Shown piece after piece: positions 12,001-18,959 of a DNA stretch of 64,000 nucleotides. This DNA comes from an uncultured Clostridia bacterium. GTDB taxonomy: Bacteria; Bacillota; Clostridia; Christensenellales; UBA1242. The stretch spans positions 133,499 to 197,498 of the forward strand of contig CAKVHF010000002.1 of NCBI GenBank assembly GCA_934748015.1. Reading direction: 5' to 3'. The notes beneath the pieces were generated by a model that saw only the letters and a list, made by a program, of their open reading frames with translations, was not told the DNA's origin and ran no database searches. Positions within the stretch are counted from its first letter, which is position 1; each line of letters begins with the position of its first letter. The position numbers and the translations under genes were made by a program.

Positions 12001-13408
12001 AACAAAGGGTGTTATTAATAGTGGTGATATTTCGGCAGGGTCTGGGTATGGTGCAGGAATATACTCTGTATACGCTGCTCAAAAAGACTCTAGTAATGCT
12101 GATGTTAGTTGCACTGCAGAAATAATTAATGTTAAAAATCTAGGTTTTATAACAGGTAAGTATGTTGCAGGTATTGTACAAGGCGTATATGAGGCAAATA
12201 CAAAATGGTGTATTAATGGTGATGGAACAACTGTTACATTAGAAGATGGAACAACCGCAATCAAAGCTAGTGTAACATCTACAGATGGCGTTGCTAGTGG
12301 TATAGCAGTGGTTAGACGTGGCATAACAGATCAAGGCAGTGCTAATAATGCAAGCATAACAGCAACCACAGAATCAGATACCACAAAAACCATTGCAACA
12401 GGAATCGTTGCTGTATGTGCTTGGGATAATGGAGTGATCAATCTTAATAGCAGTAGTAATAGTAAACCAGACAGGGTTGACTCAGTAATAACATCTTCTG
12501 GTTATGCTAGTGGTGTAGCATATATCAATGGCGTAACCAATGGTGCTTACACAGCATGTATTTATGCGGCATGTGCCAATTCGCAGGATATAAGCGGAGA
12601 GATCGCGAGCGGTATACTGGTTGTGGATAGTGATACACTTGGAAACAGAATATTTGATTTTGGAGAAGGTGGCAACACAACCAATAGTGGTTCCGTAACA
12701 GGAACATTGCTTGCTAGCGGAATATCTGGATATGTTCAAGGTGATAAATCAACTAATGGTGATGAATTAACTAATTTGATTACTTTTAATCTAAAACAAG
12801 ATATAATTAATTATTATAGTGAAGTGACAATAGAAGGAATTACTACTAAGAAAACAATAACAGTAAATCCTAAGTATGGTAACGCTTATGCTGCTGGTAT
12901 TGCGGTTGCAATAGGCGGTTTGGTTAACCAAGTAAATGGAAGATTAATAAATTCCAAAGATATTAAAATTCAAGAACCAGAACCTGCGACATCATGTATA
13001 GGTATGGCTGCTGGACTGGTTGTGGCGAAATATTTTAATGTTACTAATGGCACAAATAACTCCAGTGCGCTTGTTGTTGGTGACATGGATGCAATATATG
13101 GAAAAGAAGATGATGATGGTAATCAAACAATTACTCAAGGTGTTTTGCTTGCAGGATGTGTGATTTCTTATGGCAAAGATAATGTTAGTGCTTACAATAT
13201 TAAGAATCTTACCAATGATTGTACAGGTGTTGGTGGCGGTCATGCAGGTGAAATAATCAAAGCTGGTATATATATTGTTGGCGGATCTAATTATACAATC
13301 TCTGGCAATAAATATAATGGTACTGGCCTAACTGATGTTAGAGAAAGCCAGACAGGTGTTGACCTATCTCATCTTCCAGATGACTGGTACTTAAGTATTA
13401 GATTCTAA
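2..13408 (+). CDS. Giant secreted/surface protein, 3' part of a gene that begins upstream of the window (more than 4,460 codons visible)
   Basis: The frame (pos mod 3 = 2) is open from base 2; VKDETEGNVEEYYKI precedes the GTG at 47 that the ORF track uses. The stop is at 13406-13408, and only short antisense ORFs overlap it. At about 10.55-10.8 kb there is a 'head' motif NPFIIDDAYSWKKIL...FTGHYLGGTIDGRSV. It is followed by 18 or more short glycine rungs (YLGGVVGLL, TVGGIANI, IAGGILLQ, LAGGIMAS, VAGIVQGV, ASGIAVV, AAGIAVAI, AAGLVVA), typical of parallel beta-helix / GLUG-like adhesin regions. The protein ends DLSHLPDDWYLSIRF, with no LPXTG motif or terminal TM. Confidence 0.9.
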   Translation, partial: VKDETEGNVEEYYKIVFSNLSCSVKFDLSEINYNLVESNILLNPNYKDANSRIEKIKSTNFVADNWYFLSDNTSYYIGNIVEYNRVHANKIRYVITYDKASQAYRVFDMTGITKENDIYKSIKILDISYFDNALVGGFDDKYLSSAKLQSRLADISLLDRAKLSTALLSGESKESNQYASHNDNGAIKNTTTTYISLQGASYKAKVSVANDSNAYKGLFNRSEIESSYLVTNATNAKAKFTTPGPGSDEYSTKFGTYAKDGETIGFVSKIPSMYINIQLFAEKDGTTNKADDDVKYTILNKNDSALIENITATVGAGTTTYGRMLKFITNSISAYDVVNGELIVNNNDITSTYIDSLDGDKVKSRVISTYIPFTSSFIFKVEFSGKYAQFNSLSDQSEKEKYLKSMFSGLDFKSKNSNAYLVTYDNNYYIVVDLRKYGRLSEENTTYIGKGNSEKNSEKNRDKGEILANRLEIYVSNPQGILNSFNLNFNNYVVGYNLDTTNPALLTTTCGWGNIETKAEGYKNNSNIFEIYGNYAQAKGLYQGKNYEYKITLSAEYINSPISITISYKVGETTYSKTISKGQEVSLNGVDDKGDVAQGLTTTVSFVRLRPDSQEYILTINNVDATLDVSFNNIYRNMYGFSFASDDGKTVDPYLFKENGARATTKSVNDESSTTLINIRVAGKRYITIDNKTGTYSVSDVEQNFTKIEETNGKTALEILQEILLSNSKLITKNVLEKNYLIRLIYVDSADNIQTAYFITQDTENANNNLAIMFIRNTEAVTGYEVKMKVGNGFLNKLTPQSVTSPFSSYCNFNYAAEQCQLKGITDNIALEYSYSYKSNSLTINVGNGDAKTPDKPSYNSTIFTEEGNDNSRAYIIGSDQFSLVRGDKTEEVSELDWFKRLISGKKTTSEGEVSNGLIDIRDFSYSNGSKMNILYGSYLVLALTAKTGYNKTFKLILKDTAGKTLVAITYNADPASDTEGNKIYYEIDKLDDSICSAWDSEKKIQYVAVMLKDKDAINTTVDGSFTLDIVNPINVYSFKDETDSTRMGKGYEFGISYNTDGSRVTDYYKLNEKYEHGAHPMINFVLEKGYTQSDYAIDVYYNSVATTQSLIYKITSKYNTETKKYEPVITSPVTGVVMGCLVLSPKESDTWSGFRFQIGNGLDGATGEIIFKVTQDLKLNKYNLTLNAEKTEGGTLAGGIEIENLDTTKPMIATAIAGTNESFANGKNTYKFTHGNAITLTFRPHANYMKSGYIFTITIGGQVYKVKCIIIREYVVDARSQDVNAILLDENGNETTDTNITLSEEWQDDKAGDAEHMIIKLVIGDTKTTDNISISVGGMTEDTFTIIKSTGQNCPDVEITGATAEDGKYTLATTYTNVNNVLQAVINVKAEHKLKKFEIIENRYGNTAKTTTLFEFSDKQLQSIQNAGGTATPIKETSGNAYNITLSVKYGPIEGVGVNYYQCTFTFTKGLTFDAEFKTHIEMKEYVVTFNNNGIALSNDIVTIIGGAINRKTLDGSSPSLETLTEDDLAGVLTDTGYSIPAGSSLRVAMKINEKYMHAVWDDFKNWTSTEYDVGFGTETDNAIRFYYKSPNTEKVTTIWGSSSSTEDGTNVIVIEIYNVTESKTVETNFQEKSYAMTLNEPNGLTSWTCNPKYADSENNAHTYSQIESGIIKYTATLSEAYSKADLKFNVTYTKIETGETTTESAIVAKNNGDESGVANGTGASIVSVSINDKGEVIVTRYQMAHYDITVTFDAPKINKYSITLQNIADNVDVVEYTPSTDKQVHTYTLYKTDIIADSESPNFSTMGILESQGSGKYRAIIGVFTINTYGKTVYYLDEYNKYAEFTDWAKLLNMGENVQGEDSKKVVLYYEHVIDSQNIEFEFKTKNSDFGFKRLVTDNVDTSGIIKTQNKNILFSVNNGTDVACEEYYNCNIVYAKTFEPLTVSDYNKLSYNGNEGNELPSQDHSSEIGGLSVYDEKDSLLDVYNKSDGTYSLVSEYFKYSKVEFNLGAQYVDALTEEINGTKYLKSEFIKVDCGVLGTFMLHQDGEELINNKYYRYIAEFSYWTGAKITINESLLTPALYNYMLDYIASSSDEVTSCSNVNYVGYADQSVSYNELSSGEIEVVAKVKVWYYDSNKTKKMFQLAEIKVTFSGINTSYMLNNEGELNPINFGSNIKVPYGTKITVQINVLNEGAWQNFDQFNGNTLYQDRSYQIAGSPKGSWSDGSQNVTTTQFTSKTISVDDVEKQCTSNIYMIESITEDITKEFALNLHRNYYTINIPNSLAGKVSLEKDNIIEDCVHQPVSSADTLVFGYADAPKLLLDKQVSISNADYATYNKSDSGLRSGLFQLIAEDDGSSGSETIDSNNCTLDGEKYKVFVGLGNRNYSLQDNRLPANRYALTFEAKNGYEGTRKLVLTNNGTKAVTLTFYDGTAYDSAESGSITINSGLSATINIDNIVSSTAGKLYFAVTGGVVFGREFANITANIVQTFSAKYEQALGKYGVGDASNISLGEFGGKLNVSDISNTPIKRSMTVDIQVDYEKDYYFSALGINEYTTYIDTKNMSIIEGADANAISGYKLTLKDGVSTIIKLQAGDNYSRATEFVMYHKNTDDTIGTEYTISYDSDNKRWDFKTRDNQYPAYYGLDVKDKEWKWYSGTQSTLINEGNYFDSVYFTIYSITMSQNSNGNNIFEMKIALNSNFNGKTINIEIEDSQINQETLQFKADNSNDKLDHVDKMFSKIELMVWNSVGLVGNTSYGDGGSSVSDFFTTSSFTLPVDATISLHLTLAKGYYNIDKLTINGIVDAIAGDYDGNFTIGSVDYSKESHTLVYTFSNIKNFTFTFAQDLRDSYIFGVSSNDFNAYASGISTTCSKDDKYELNIINVSDKPHGNYFELVIFHTSYIAFSFTIDKSYTLSSVALSSVNETSLTSKGDGIMGCTIGSWDVSYNTVDNEVTISGAVKKGETFNIVFKKRTTEFTLNYLDSNYGIQRQQGITITYGQTIYDAISSIIPNTIGLKYIGFTINGKVGEGKTSFARAKDSNGNLIYYEYTLANFIQKAGLFAGNQEDFAFDSNQTSSKGYLSIISPTFKINNEDADNKLFDQLNGAEVGIIYSYEENAITLNYGKNSGIQDKVIKYTFGNPVNAYYLSNTNISVNEEDGTFNVAGNSDSLAFAENNAFKYIEGFQGQGQKGTYTWTRFKDKNNHILFKFGGSYAEMLQALNDIVSKNGTITITSIFEDILLSINFNNGSETLEIADVIDNQVGQERTLITSSGISYQTEYILNNNEYFYYAFGANGTKLYIGKSSGKDVLGNNANLDNIGPEYFIDYLYTRLRLGETNNNKLINDYKINDNIYWKKYSNTTTNTLNTMLTEYWTTIYSNMDLTIMKYDITIDVEMGNPIEVIFDVSEYAALSEFDSDKGDLKFTFYSGSQDVYALIRQYINDESKDQDKRNILANYFMIPDGKGGYINGNAGKASTIYCDYAVIGTTQGSGHEYLSGDTLNIDGAIANGISKITLRIDNPRGTSADNPFIIDDAYSWKKILYNNMSDNNMSGGKYFIQTADLNLTELSRSQQNGTFTGHYLGGTIDGRSVKLIRTAQDSETSDDIYPIFSSITGDSSVENVEIVGDVTNPIYHPDKNIKGDSWGSLAGKIGEGSTISKITTSGGINLNIYATCYGNIGSVVGKWDYKVSSTLFSSCIDSLTANNAIYVLNVGVKYLGGVVGLLNIVSSDEGLTFKDIVNNGTITTENVSEGDLTLRTAGVANIVLNKGSDLTFDNVANNGNDGKLMSISTQKGTVGGIANIEVLATDSSTIHFDKMVNNVNIVADCGSLSSSAIVAGVMTIVGNDNSGKTIITYDSVSNNGSITVNSNSINKAAIAGGILLQNAKIEVDEFNQTNSSKIKNSGNLSGADYSAGAMLLRTGSNVTNALNLQFENSGQVTGNKLASGGLLITENNSKSITGTINISNSTNSGNITATSLAGGIMASYYDQKSVKIGIGSTSNTTKGVINSGDISAGSGYGAGIYSVYAAQKDSSNADVSCTAEIINVKNLGFITGKYVAGIVQGVYEANTKWCINGDGTTVTLEDGTTAIKASVTSTDGVASGIAVVRRGITDQGSANNASITATTESDTTKTIATGIVAVCAWDNGVINLNSSSNSKPDRVDSVITSSGYASGVAYINGVTNGAYTACIYAACANSQDISGEIASGILVVDSDTLGNRIFDFGEGGNTTNSGSVTGTLLASGISGYVQGDKSTNGDELTNLITFNLKQDIINYYSEVTIEGITTKKTITVNPKYGNAYAAGIAVAIGGLVNQVNGRLINSKDIKIQEPEPATSCIGMAAGLVVAKYFNVTNGTNNSSALVVGDMDAIYGKEDDDGNQTITQGVLLAGCVISYGKDNVSAYNIKNLTNDCTGVGGGHAGEIIKAGIYIVGGSNYTISGNKYNGTGLTDVRESQTGVDLSHLPDDWYLSIRF

Positions 13409-13531
13409 GCAAATTGCTGATATGTTATGATGTACATATATGGTAAACATATTGTTGATATATTATGGCATGCACATTGCGGTAAGCATTATGATTTTAT
13501 CTAAGTATGGCATTTTGCACATATAACAGTC

Positions 13532-13567
13532 AAAAAAAACGGATATTCATGCGATATCCGTTTTTTT
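13532..13567 (+). terminator. Rho-independent terminator after the giant ORF (A-tract / hairpin / T-tract, potentially bidirectional)
   Basis: AAAAAAAA-CGGATAT-tcatgcg-ATATCCG-TTTTTTT, about 125 nt after the stop codon. Confidence 0.75.
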
Positions 13568-13731
13568 GGTCTTTTAGGTATAGTGGATTTTTTGGTGGTT
13601 TAATCTTATAGATATTATTATTGGAAGTTGTCGGCAATGACACAAAGTAGCATTTGTCAGTATCTGATGTTTATTTGATCAGTGATGCTGTTAGCAAAAC
13701 GGATTTGTATTTTGCAAAAATAGCAAAAAAT

Positions 13732-13843
13732 TAGGAAAAGTGTATTTTTTGACATGCTAAAACATAGGAAAAGTGTATATTTTGGCATGTTAAAATATAG
13801 GAAAAGTGTAAAATATGCTTGTGTTTTTTATAGGAAAAGTGTA
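13732..13843 (+). repeat. Four direct copies of TAGGAAAAGTGTA phased exactly every 33 bp (iteron/operator-like array)
   Basis: Copies start at 13732, 13765, 13798 and 13831. The first two 33-bp units are similar along their whole length (TAGGAAAAGTGTATTTTTTGACATGCTAAAACA / TAGGAAAAGTGTATATTTTGGCATGTTAAAATA). The last copy ends 24 bp before the ATPase ATG. Confidence 0.9.
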
Positions 13844-13866
13844 ATATTGGTGTAAGGAGATGAAAT

Positions 13867-15195
13867 ATGTTATATAGAAAAATTCAAGAAAAAATAAAAA
13901 ACTATTTGTTATCAGATAGTAACAAAATTATGATTGTTGACGGAGCTAGACAAATTGGAAAATCATTTATAATCAGGTATGTGGGAAGTGAACTTTTGAA
14001 AGAAAAGTTTGTTAATTATATCGAAATTAACTTTGTTGAAGATAGTCTAGGGGACAATTTGTTTGCAAATATTAAGACCAAAGAGGATTTCTATCTACAA
14101 CTTAGTATGATTGCTGGCGACAAAATGCAAGATAAAGAAAACACTCTTGTATTTATTGATGAAATTCAAGAATATCCACAGTTTTTAACAATGTTAAAAT
14201 TTTTGAAGCAAGATGATAGATTTACTTATATTTGTAGTGGGTCACTATTGGGTGTTACACTTGCCAAAACGCCATCAATTCCTGTCGGAAGTATTGATGT
14301 CGTTCATATGTTTCCACTTGATTTTGAAGAATTTTTGTTGGCTAGTGGCTTTAATGATTTTGCCATTAGTTCTTTGAAATCTAAATTTGACAAAAAAGAG
14401 AGCTTGGAAGTAAATATTCACGATAAAGTGTTAGATTTGTTCAAGAAATACTTGCTTATTGGTGGACTTCCTGATGCTGTTAATAGTTTTGTTAATAACC
14501 AAAATATTGTTGAGGTAAGAAAAATTCAATCAGATATAAGCAATTACTATGGTGATGATGCAAGCAAATACGACAAGGAACACAAATTAAAGATTAAACG
14601 TATTTACGATTTAATTCCGTCTAGTCTAGAAAATAAAAAGAAAAGGATAGTAGTAAAAGATATTGAAGAATTGAAAGGTAAGAGATATTCTAACTATCAG
14701 GATGAATTTGATTACTTAATCAATTCTGGCATTGCGTTAGAGGTGCGAGCGTTATCCACTCCAGTGTTTCCTCTTATTGAGTCAAGTGGCAAAAATTTAC
14801 TAAAATTATATTTGAATGATGTGGGGATTTTGACAAACATATTGTATAAAAACAACATTACTGCAATTATGAACGATGAAAAAAGTATAAATCTAGGGAC
14901 TGTCTATGAATCTGTTGTTGCCAGTGAGTTAAAAGCACATGGTTATAATCTGTTTTACTACGACAACAAGGCTAATGGTGAAGTTGATTTTCTTATTGAC
15001 GATTATGACAATCTTGCTGTTCTGCCACTTGAGATCAAGTCTGGCAAAGATTATACAATTCATAGTGCAATAAACAAATTTTTGTCAAACAAAGATTATA
15101 ATGTTAAAAAAGGATATGTCCTATCAAACGAAAGAAAAGTAATGGAAATAGATAATATAATCTACATGCCAATCTACTATATAATGTTCTTTTAA
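13867..15195 (+). CDS. AAA-family ATPase with DUF4143-type C-terminal domain
   Basis: RBS AAGGAGA lies 7 nt upstream of the ATG. Walker A is GARQIGKS and Walker B is LVFIDEIQ. The C-terminal GEVDFLI...LPLEIKSGKDY matches the endonuclease-like DUF4143 signature. Confidence 0.85.
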   Translation: MLYRKIQEKIKNYLLSDSNKIMIVDGARQIGKSFIIRYVGSELLKEKFVNYIEINFVEDSLGDNLFANIKTKEDFYLQLSMIAGDKMQDKENTLVFIDEIQEYPQFLTMLKFLKQDDRFTYICSGSLLGVTLAKTPSIPVGSIDVVHMFPLDFEEFLLASGFNDFAISSLKSKFDKKESLEVNIHDKVLDLFKKYLLIGGLPDAVNSFVNNQNIVEVRKIQSDISNYYGDDASKYDKEHKLKIKRIYDLIPSSLENKKKRIVVKDIEELKGKRYSNYQDEFDYLINSGIALEVRALSTPVFPLIESSGKNLLKLYLNDVGILTNILYKNNITAIMNDEKSINLGTVYESVVASELKAHGYNLFYYDNKANGEVDFLIDDYDNLAVLPLEIKSGKDYTIHSAINKFLSNKDYNVKKGYVLSNERKVMEIDNIIYMPIYYIMFF

Positions 15196-15332
15196 GTGTA
15201 ACTAGGTATATATTTTTGGATGTGATATAAGTTATATTTAATTATTTTGTGTTATTTAACAACACTTTAGATATTGTTTGTTAATATTTGATATTTTTGG
15301 TAAAATATCTATTGTAACAAGGGGTCAAGAAT

Positions 15333-17999
15333 ATGATTACATTAAAGAATGTATCGAAAAACATCGTCAGAGATGGCGTAGAGAAAAATGTTCTTAATAA
15401 TATCAATATCCAACTAGGTGATACAGGGCTAGTTGTTGTTCGTGGCGGGAACAATAGTGGTAAGACATATCTACTAAGGATACTATCGCAAGTAGACAAC
15501 ATCACCAGTGGCAATCTATTTGTGGACGGTGTTGATCTAGGACTACTTGGCGAGAAAGAACTGGAGAATTATCGTACTCACTATGTTGGCTCGGTTATGA
15601 ATGATAACGAGATGATGGAAAACATAACCATTGAAGAAAACATTCGTCTGGGTACTGCTTTTGGCAGGGTTAAACCTAAGAAAGAAGTAATGCAGATGCT
15701 ATATGACAATCTGGAACTAACTAGTGTTGTTAAGGAAAAGGCAAAGAATTGCACCCCAACACAAAGGATATGTGCTGAGATAGGACGATTGATGATCAAG
15801 AGCCCTAGGGTGTTGGTATTTGATGATTTCGAAGATACACTACAAGCAGACACAATGCTAAGGGTGTGGAGATTGCTGAAAGAGATCAGTCATACACACT
15901 TGGTGGTTATTGTATCCGATAGTCAACCATATATATCTAAGTTTGCCGATCGTGTAATATCTATGGCAGACGGCAAGGTTGTGTCCGATACTGGCAGTGA
16001 CAAGAGGGTAAGCAACGAAACGCCCGCTAAAGAGATTTTGGACAAATCAATATTTCTTAAAAAGCACAGATTTACGCTATCCAGCACCAATACTCTTGTA
16101 AGGCAAGTGGTATCCAGCAACTGGAAGAAGATGTTGACAACCCTAATACTTATGATGATAGTCGCAATTGGTTTTGTGGCAAGTAGTGCACTTAGTGTAT
16201 TTAATATGTCACAGACGCTGGCAAAATCCAGTGTGACCAAGGGTGAGAGTTATATAGAATTTTACAAAGGGAATATTAATAACAGAAAATCACTTAACTA
16301 CGACACAAGTGTGGGTGATACGGTAATAGCAGACTTGCAAGCCAAGGGATTGAGTTTCTTGATGGCTAAGCACGAAGTTAATTGGAGCACCAACATTGGC
16401 AATGGCATGGTTGTTCGATCGCTTATAACCAATAGCCAGAACTTGAAAGTAGGTGACACCAACAAGTTTGGTCAAGAACTATTGGCAGGTAAGTATACAG
16501 GAACTGCTGCTGTAAGCAACGATGAGGCGCATGGCACTAATGTTGTTATATCTGACTATATGGCAGAGGTTATTATCCAGAATGGCATAATTGGTGGATT
16601 TGCTTCCAGCCAAAATGTTTCGGGTAATTTCAGAAACTTAGACCTATACAATGCGTTGTGCAGTGCAGATCAGAGCAGTGTTAACTTCAAGATGAATGGC
16701 ACTGAGTATCATATTGTGGGCATCTACAAGACCGATTTCGACAAGTATGTAGATAAGGCACTTACACCTAACAAGGACACCAAGGCAATCTTTGATTACA
16801 ATCTAGACAATATCTATTCGGTTATCCATGTTAACACACATTTCTATACTATCAATCCTAGAAGAATAGCATACATGACCATGAATAGTGACGATATCAC
16901 TTCGGGCACACTTGTAAGCAATACTTTTGGCAAGATTATCCCAACTGCAACCAATGTTAACATCTACAATGGTGCTAAAGGTTATGCAGTTAACTATATC
17001 GGTGATGTTTTGACCAAAACAGATACCAGAAGGGTTGATAACAGAACCATATATGTATCAGCAGACATTATGCATATTATATACAGCAAGTATCACTCCG
17101 ATTGCCCAACAATAGAGAGTTTCTTGACCAAGTATGGTGGTAGTGGCAAGACTGCTACTGCGGGCAGTGTTATAGACAATGCTACTTTGCTTACTGTTAA
17201 GCTTGGTGGCGACAAAGAATATAGAATTGCCGGATTTGTCAACAATGCAAGTCTTGCAAATAGTATCTTTGTAACAGGCAAGCCAGTTAGTGCTCATGTA
17301 GACAATTCGCTTAGATCAGAATTTGAATATCTATACATTGCACGCAACATTGCAACCAATGGCGTAGTGCTACCCGTTAAACCTTTTACCACATCAGAGG
17401 TTAAGACTATTATTGACACAATGGTGGGCGAGGGGTACTCGGTTAATATGCTAGCAAGCGAGGCTATAAGCAAGGTTGGTGGAACTGTTGAAAGTCTAAG
17501 ATTAGTATTTATATTAGTATCTATCGCACTTAGTGTTGTTATGGCACTTATGATCCTTAGATACATCAAAAGGCTATTTATGGACAACACCAAGACTTGG
17601 GGACTTGTTAGAGCGTTTGGTTGCACCAAGGTCAATCTAAATGCTACAATTGCTATTATTGCAATGATAAGTGTGTTTATCGCTAGTGCAATCGGTGTAT
17701 TATTTGGCTGGTTGATCACACTTCTTGGCAATGCAATCATGCTATCCAGTTTTGGTTATGCGGTAAGTATATTTAGCATTAACGGATTGATTATTGCGAT
17801 ATTTGCGGTATTGATGATTGCGGTTGCTGGCATACTTGTGCCTTACACATGTGTGGATTTCCAAAATCTTCAACCTCTATACATGATTAAGTATGATAAG
17901 CTTGTATTTAACAAAAAGGTTATGAAATTGGACAATCAAGAACAAACAAAAGAGGATAATGTTGCAACCGATCAAAACACTAGCAATGACGATAAATAA
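15333..17999 (+). CDS. Fused ABC ATPase-like domain + MacB/FtsX-type permease with a large extracytoplasmic domain
   Basis: The N-terminal ~220 aa have an ABC fold with P-loop GGNNSGKT. A TM segment follows at about residue 268 (LTTLILMMIVAIGFVASSALSVF), then a ~430-aa loop, then three C-terminal TMs of FtsX type (residues ~735-860). Confidence 0.8.
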   Translation: MITLKNVSKNIVRDGVEKNVLNNINIQLGDTGLVVVRGGNNSGKTYLLRILSQVDNITSGNLFVDGVDLGLLGEKELENYRTHYVGSVMNDNEMMENITIEENIRLGTAFGRVKPKKEVMQMLYDNLELTSVVKEKAKNCTPTQRICAEIGRLMIKSPRVLVFDDFEDTLQADTMLRVWRLLKEISHTHLVVIVSDSQPYISKFADRVISMADGKVVSDTGSDKRVSNETPAKEILDKSIFLKKHRFTLSSTNTLVRQVVSSNWKKMLTTLILMMIVAIGFVASSALSVFNMSQTLAKSSVTKGESYIEFYKGNINNRKSLNYDTSVGDTVIADLQAKGLSFLMAKHEVNWSTNIGNGMVVRSLITNSQNLKVGDTNKFGQELLAGKYTGTAAVSNDEAHGTNVVISDYMAEVIIQNGIIGGFASSQNVSGNFRNLDLYNALCSADQSSVNFKMNGTEYHIVGIYKTDFDKYVDKALTPNKDTKAIFDYNLDNIYSVIHVNTHFYTINPRRIAYMTMNSDDITSGTLVSNTFGKIIPTATNVNIYNGAKGYAVNYIGDVLTKTDTRRVDNRTIYVSADIMHIIYSKYHSDCPTIESFLTKYGGSGKTATAGSVIDNATLLTVKLGGDKEYRIAGFVNNASLANSIFVTGKPVSAHVDNSLRSEFEYLYIARNIATNGVVLPVKPFTTSEVKTIIDTMVGEGYSVNMLASEAISKVGGTVESLRLVFILVSIALSVVMALMILRYIKRLFMDNTKTWGLVRAFGCTKVNLNATIAIIAMISVFIASAIGVLFGWLITLLGNAIMLSSFGYAVSIFSINGLIIAIFAVLMIAVAGILVPYTCVDFQNLQPLYMIKYDKLVFNKKVMKLDNQEQTKEDNVATDQNTSNDDK

Positions 18000-18106
18000 G
18001 ACAAAGTAAAGTAGAATATTGCACCCCCATGCATGCAACGTGGGTTGTAGGCGGTAGCATAATAACATTTTTAGCAAAAATTTAATAAATAAGTTATCAA
18101 AAAATA

Positions 18107-18135
18107 TTGACATGTGGGATGTATAATGATATAAT
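18107..18135 (+). promoter_or_regulatory. SigmaA-type promoter of rplJ-rplL
   Basis: TTGACA (18107-18112), a 17-nt spacer, then TATAAT (18130-18135). Confidence 0.6.
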
Positions 18136-18339
18136 CTCACTTGTAAAAATTGAATATGTCTTTGCCAAAGACAGCAAGTGGTTAGGAGTTAAACCCTCCA
18201 TGATGTAAATCTTGCCGAGGGAAAGTGTTAATAGAATATATAGTTTTGAATGACTTTGTATAATCTCTTAGTGCTTGTTGGCAATAAGAGATTTTTATTT
18301 TTTACAATAAGGGTGTAAAAATAATATAAAGGAGAAACT
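18136..18339 (+). promoter_or_regulatory. rplJ 5' leader (L10-leader type) with attenuator hairpin
   Basis: A ~200-nt untranslated leader precedes rplJ. It contains the hairpin AATCTCTTA-(14 nt)-TAAGAGATT followed by TTTATTTTTT (18262-18305), just upstream of the RBS AAAGGAGA. L10(L12)4 autoregulation through such leaders is established in Firmicutes. Confidence 0.5.
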
Positions 18340-18828
18340 ATGAGCGCAAATTTAGAAGCAAAGAAACAGTTGGTTGCTGGTATCCAAGAAGAGTTGAAGA
18401 ATGCTAAGAGCATGCTATTTGTAGACTATCGTGGTATAACAGTTGCAGAAGACACTGAGTTAAGAAAAGCTTTCAGAGAAGCTGGTGTTACTTACAAAGT
18501 ATTCAAAAACAGACTTCTTATCAAGGCTCTTGACAATATCGGTGTTACTGGTTATGATGCTAAACAGTTCGAAGGAACAACAGCAGTAGCTTATTCTGCT
18601 GACGAAGTAGCACCTGCTAGAATATTCTGTGAGACAGCAGACAAACTAAAGAAAATGAACGTTAAGTTCGCAATTGTTAATGGCGAAATCATGGATAAGG
18701 CTCAGACAGAAGCTTTGGCAAAAGTTCCAAGCAAGCCAGTACTTATCTCTATGCTTATGTCTGTATTGCAAGGACCTATGTCATCTCTTGCAAGAGGCTT
18801 GAGCGAGATCGCTAAGAAGAATGCTTAA
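18340..18828 (+). CDS. rplJ: 50S ribosomal protein L10
   Basis: The translation (AKKQLVAGIQEELKNAKSMLFVDYRGITVAEDTELRKAFREAGVTYKVFKNRL) is typical L10, and rplL follows. Confidence 0.95.
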   Translation: MSANLEAKKQLVAGIQEELKNAKSMLFVDYRGITVAEDTELRKAFREAGVTYKVFKNRLLIKALDNIGVTGYDAKQFEGTTAVAYSADEVAPARIFCETADKLKKMNVKFAIVNGEIMDKAQTEALAKVPSKPVLISMLMSVLQGPMSSLARGLSEIAKKNA

Positions 18829-18959
18829 TATTGGGCGAATAATCAGCCTAAATATTGTAGCGAAAATTATATGACGGCAAAGTATTTTGCTGACATATCT
18901 TAAAAAAACAAAAATAAAACTAAAAACAAAACAAAAAAATTAATAGGAGAAAAATAATA

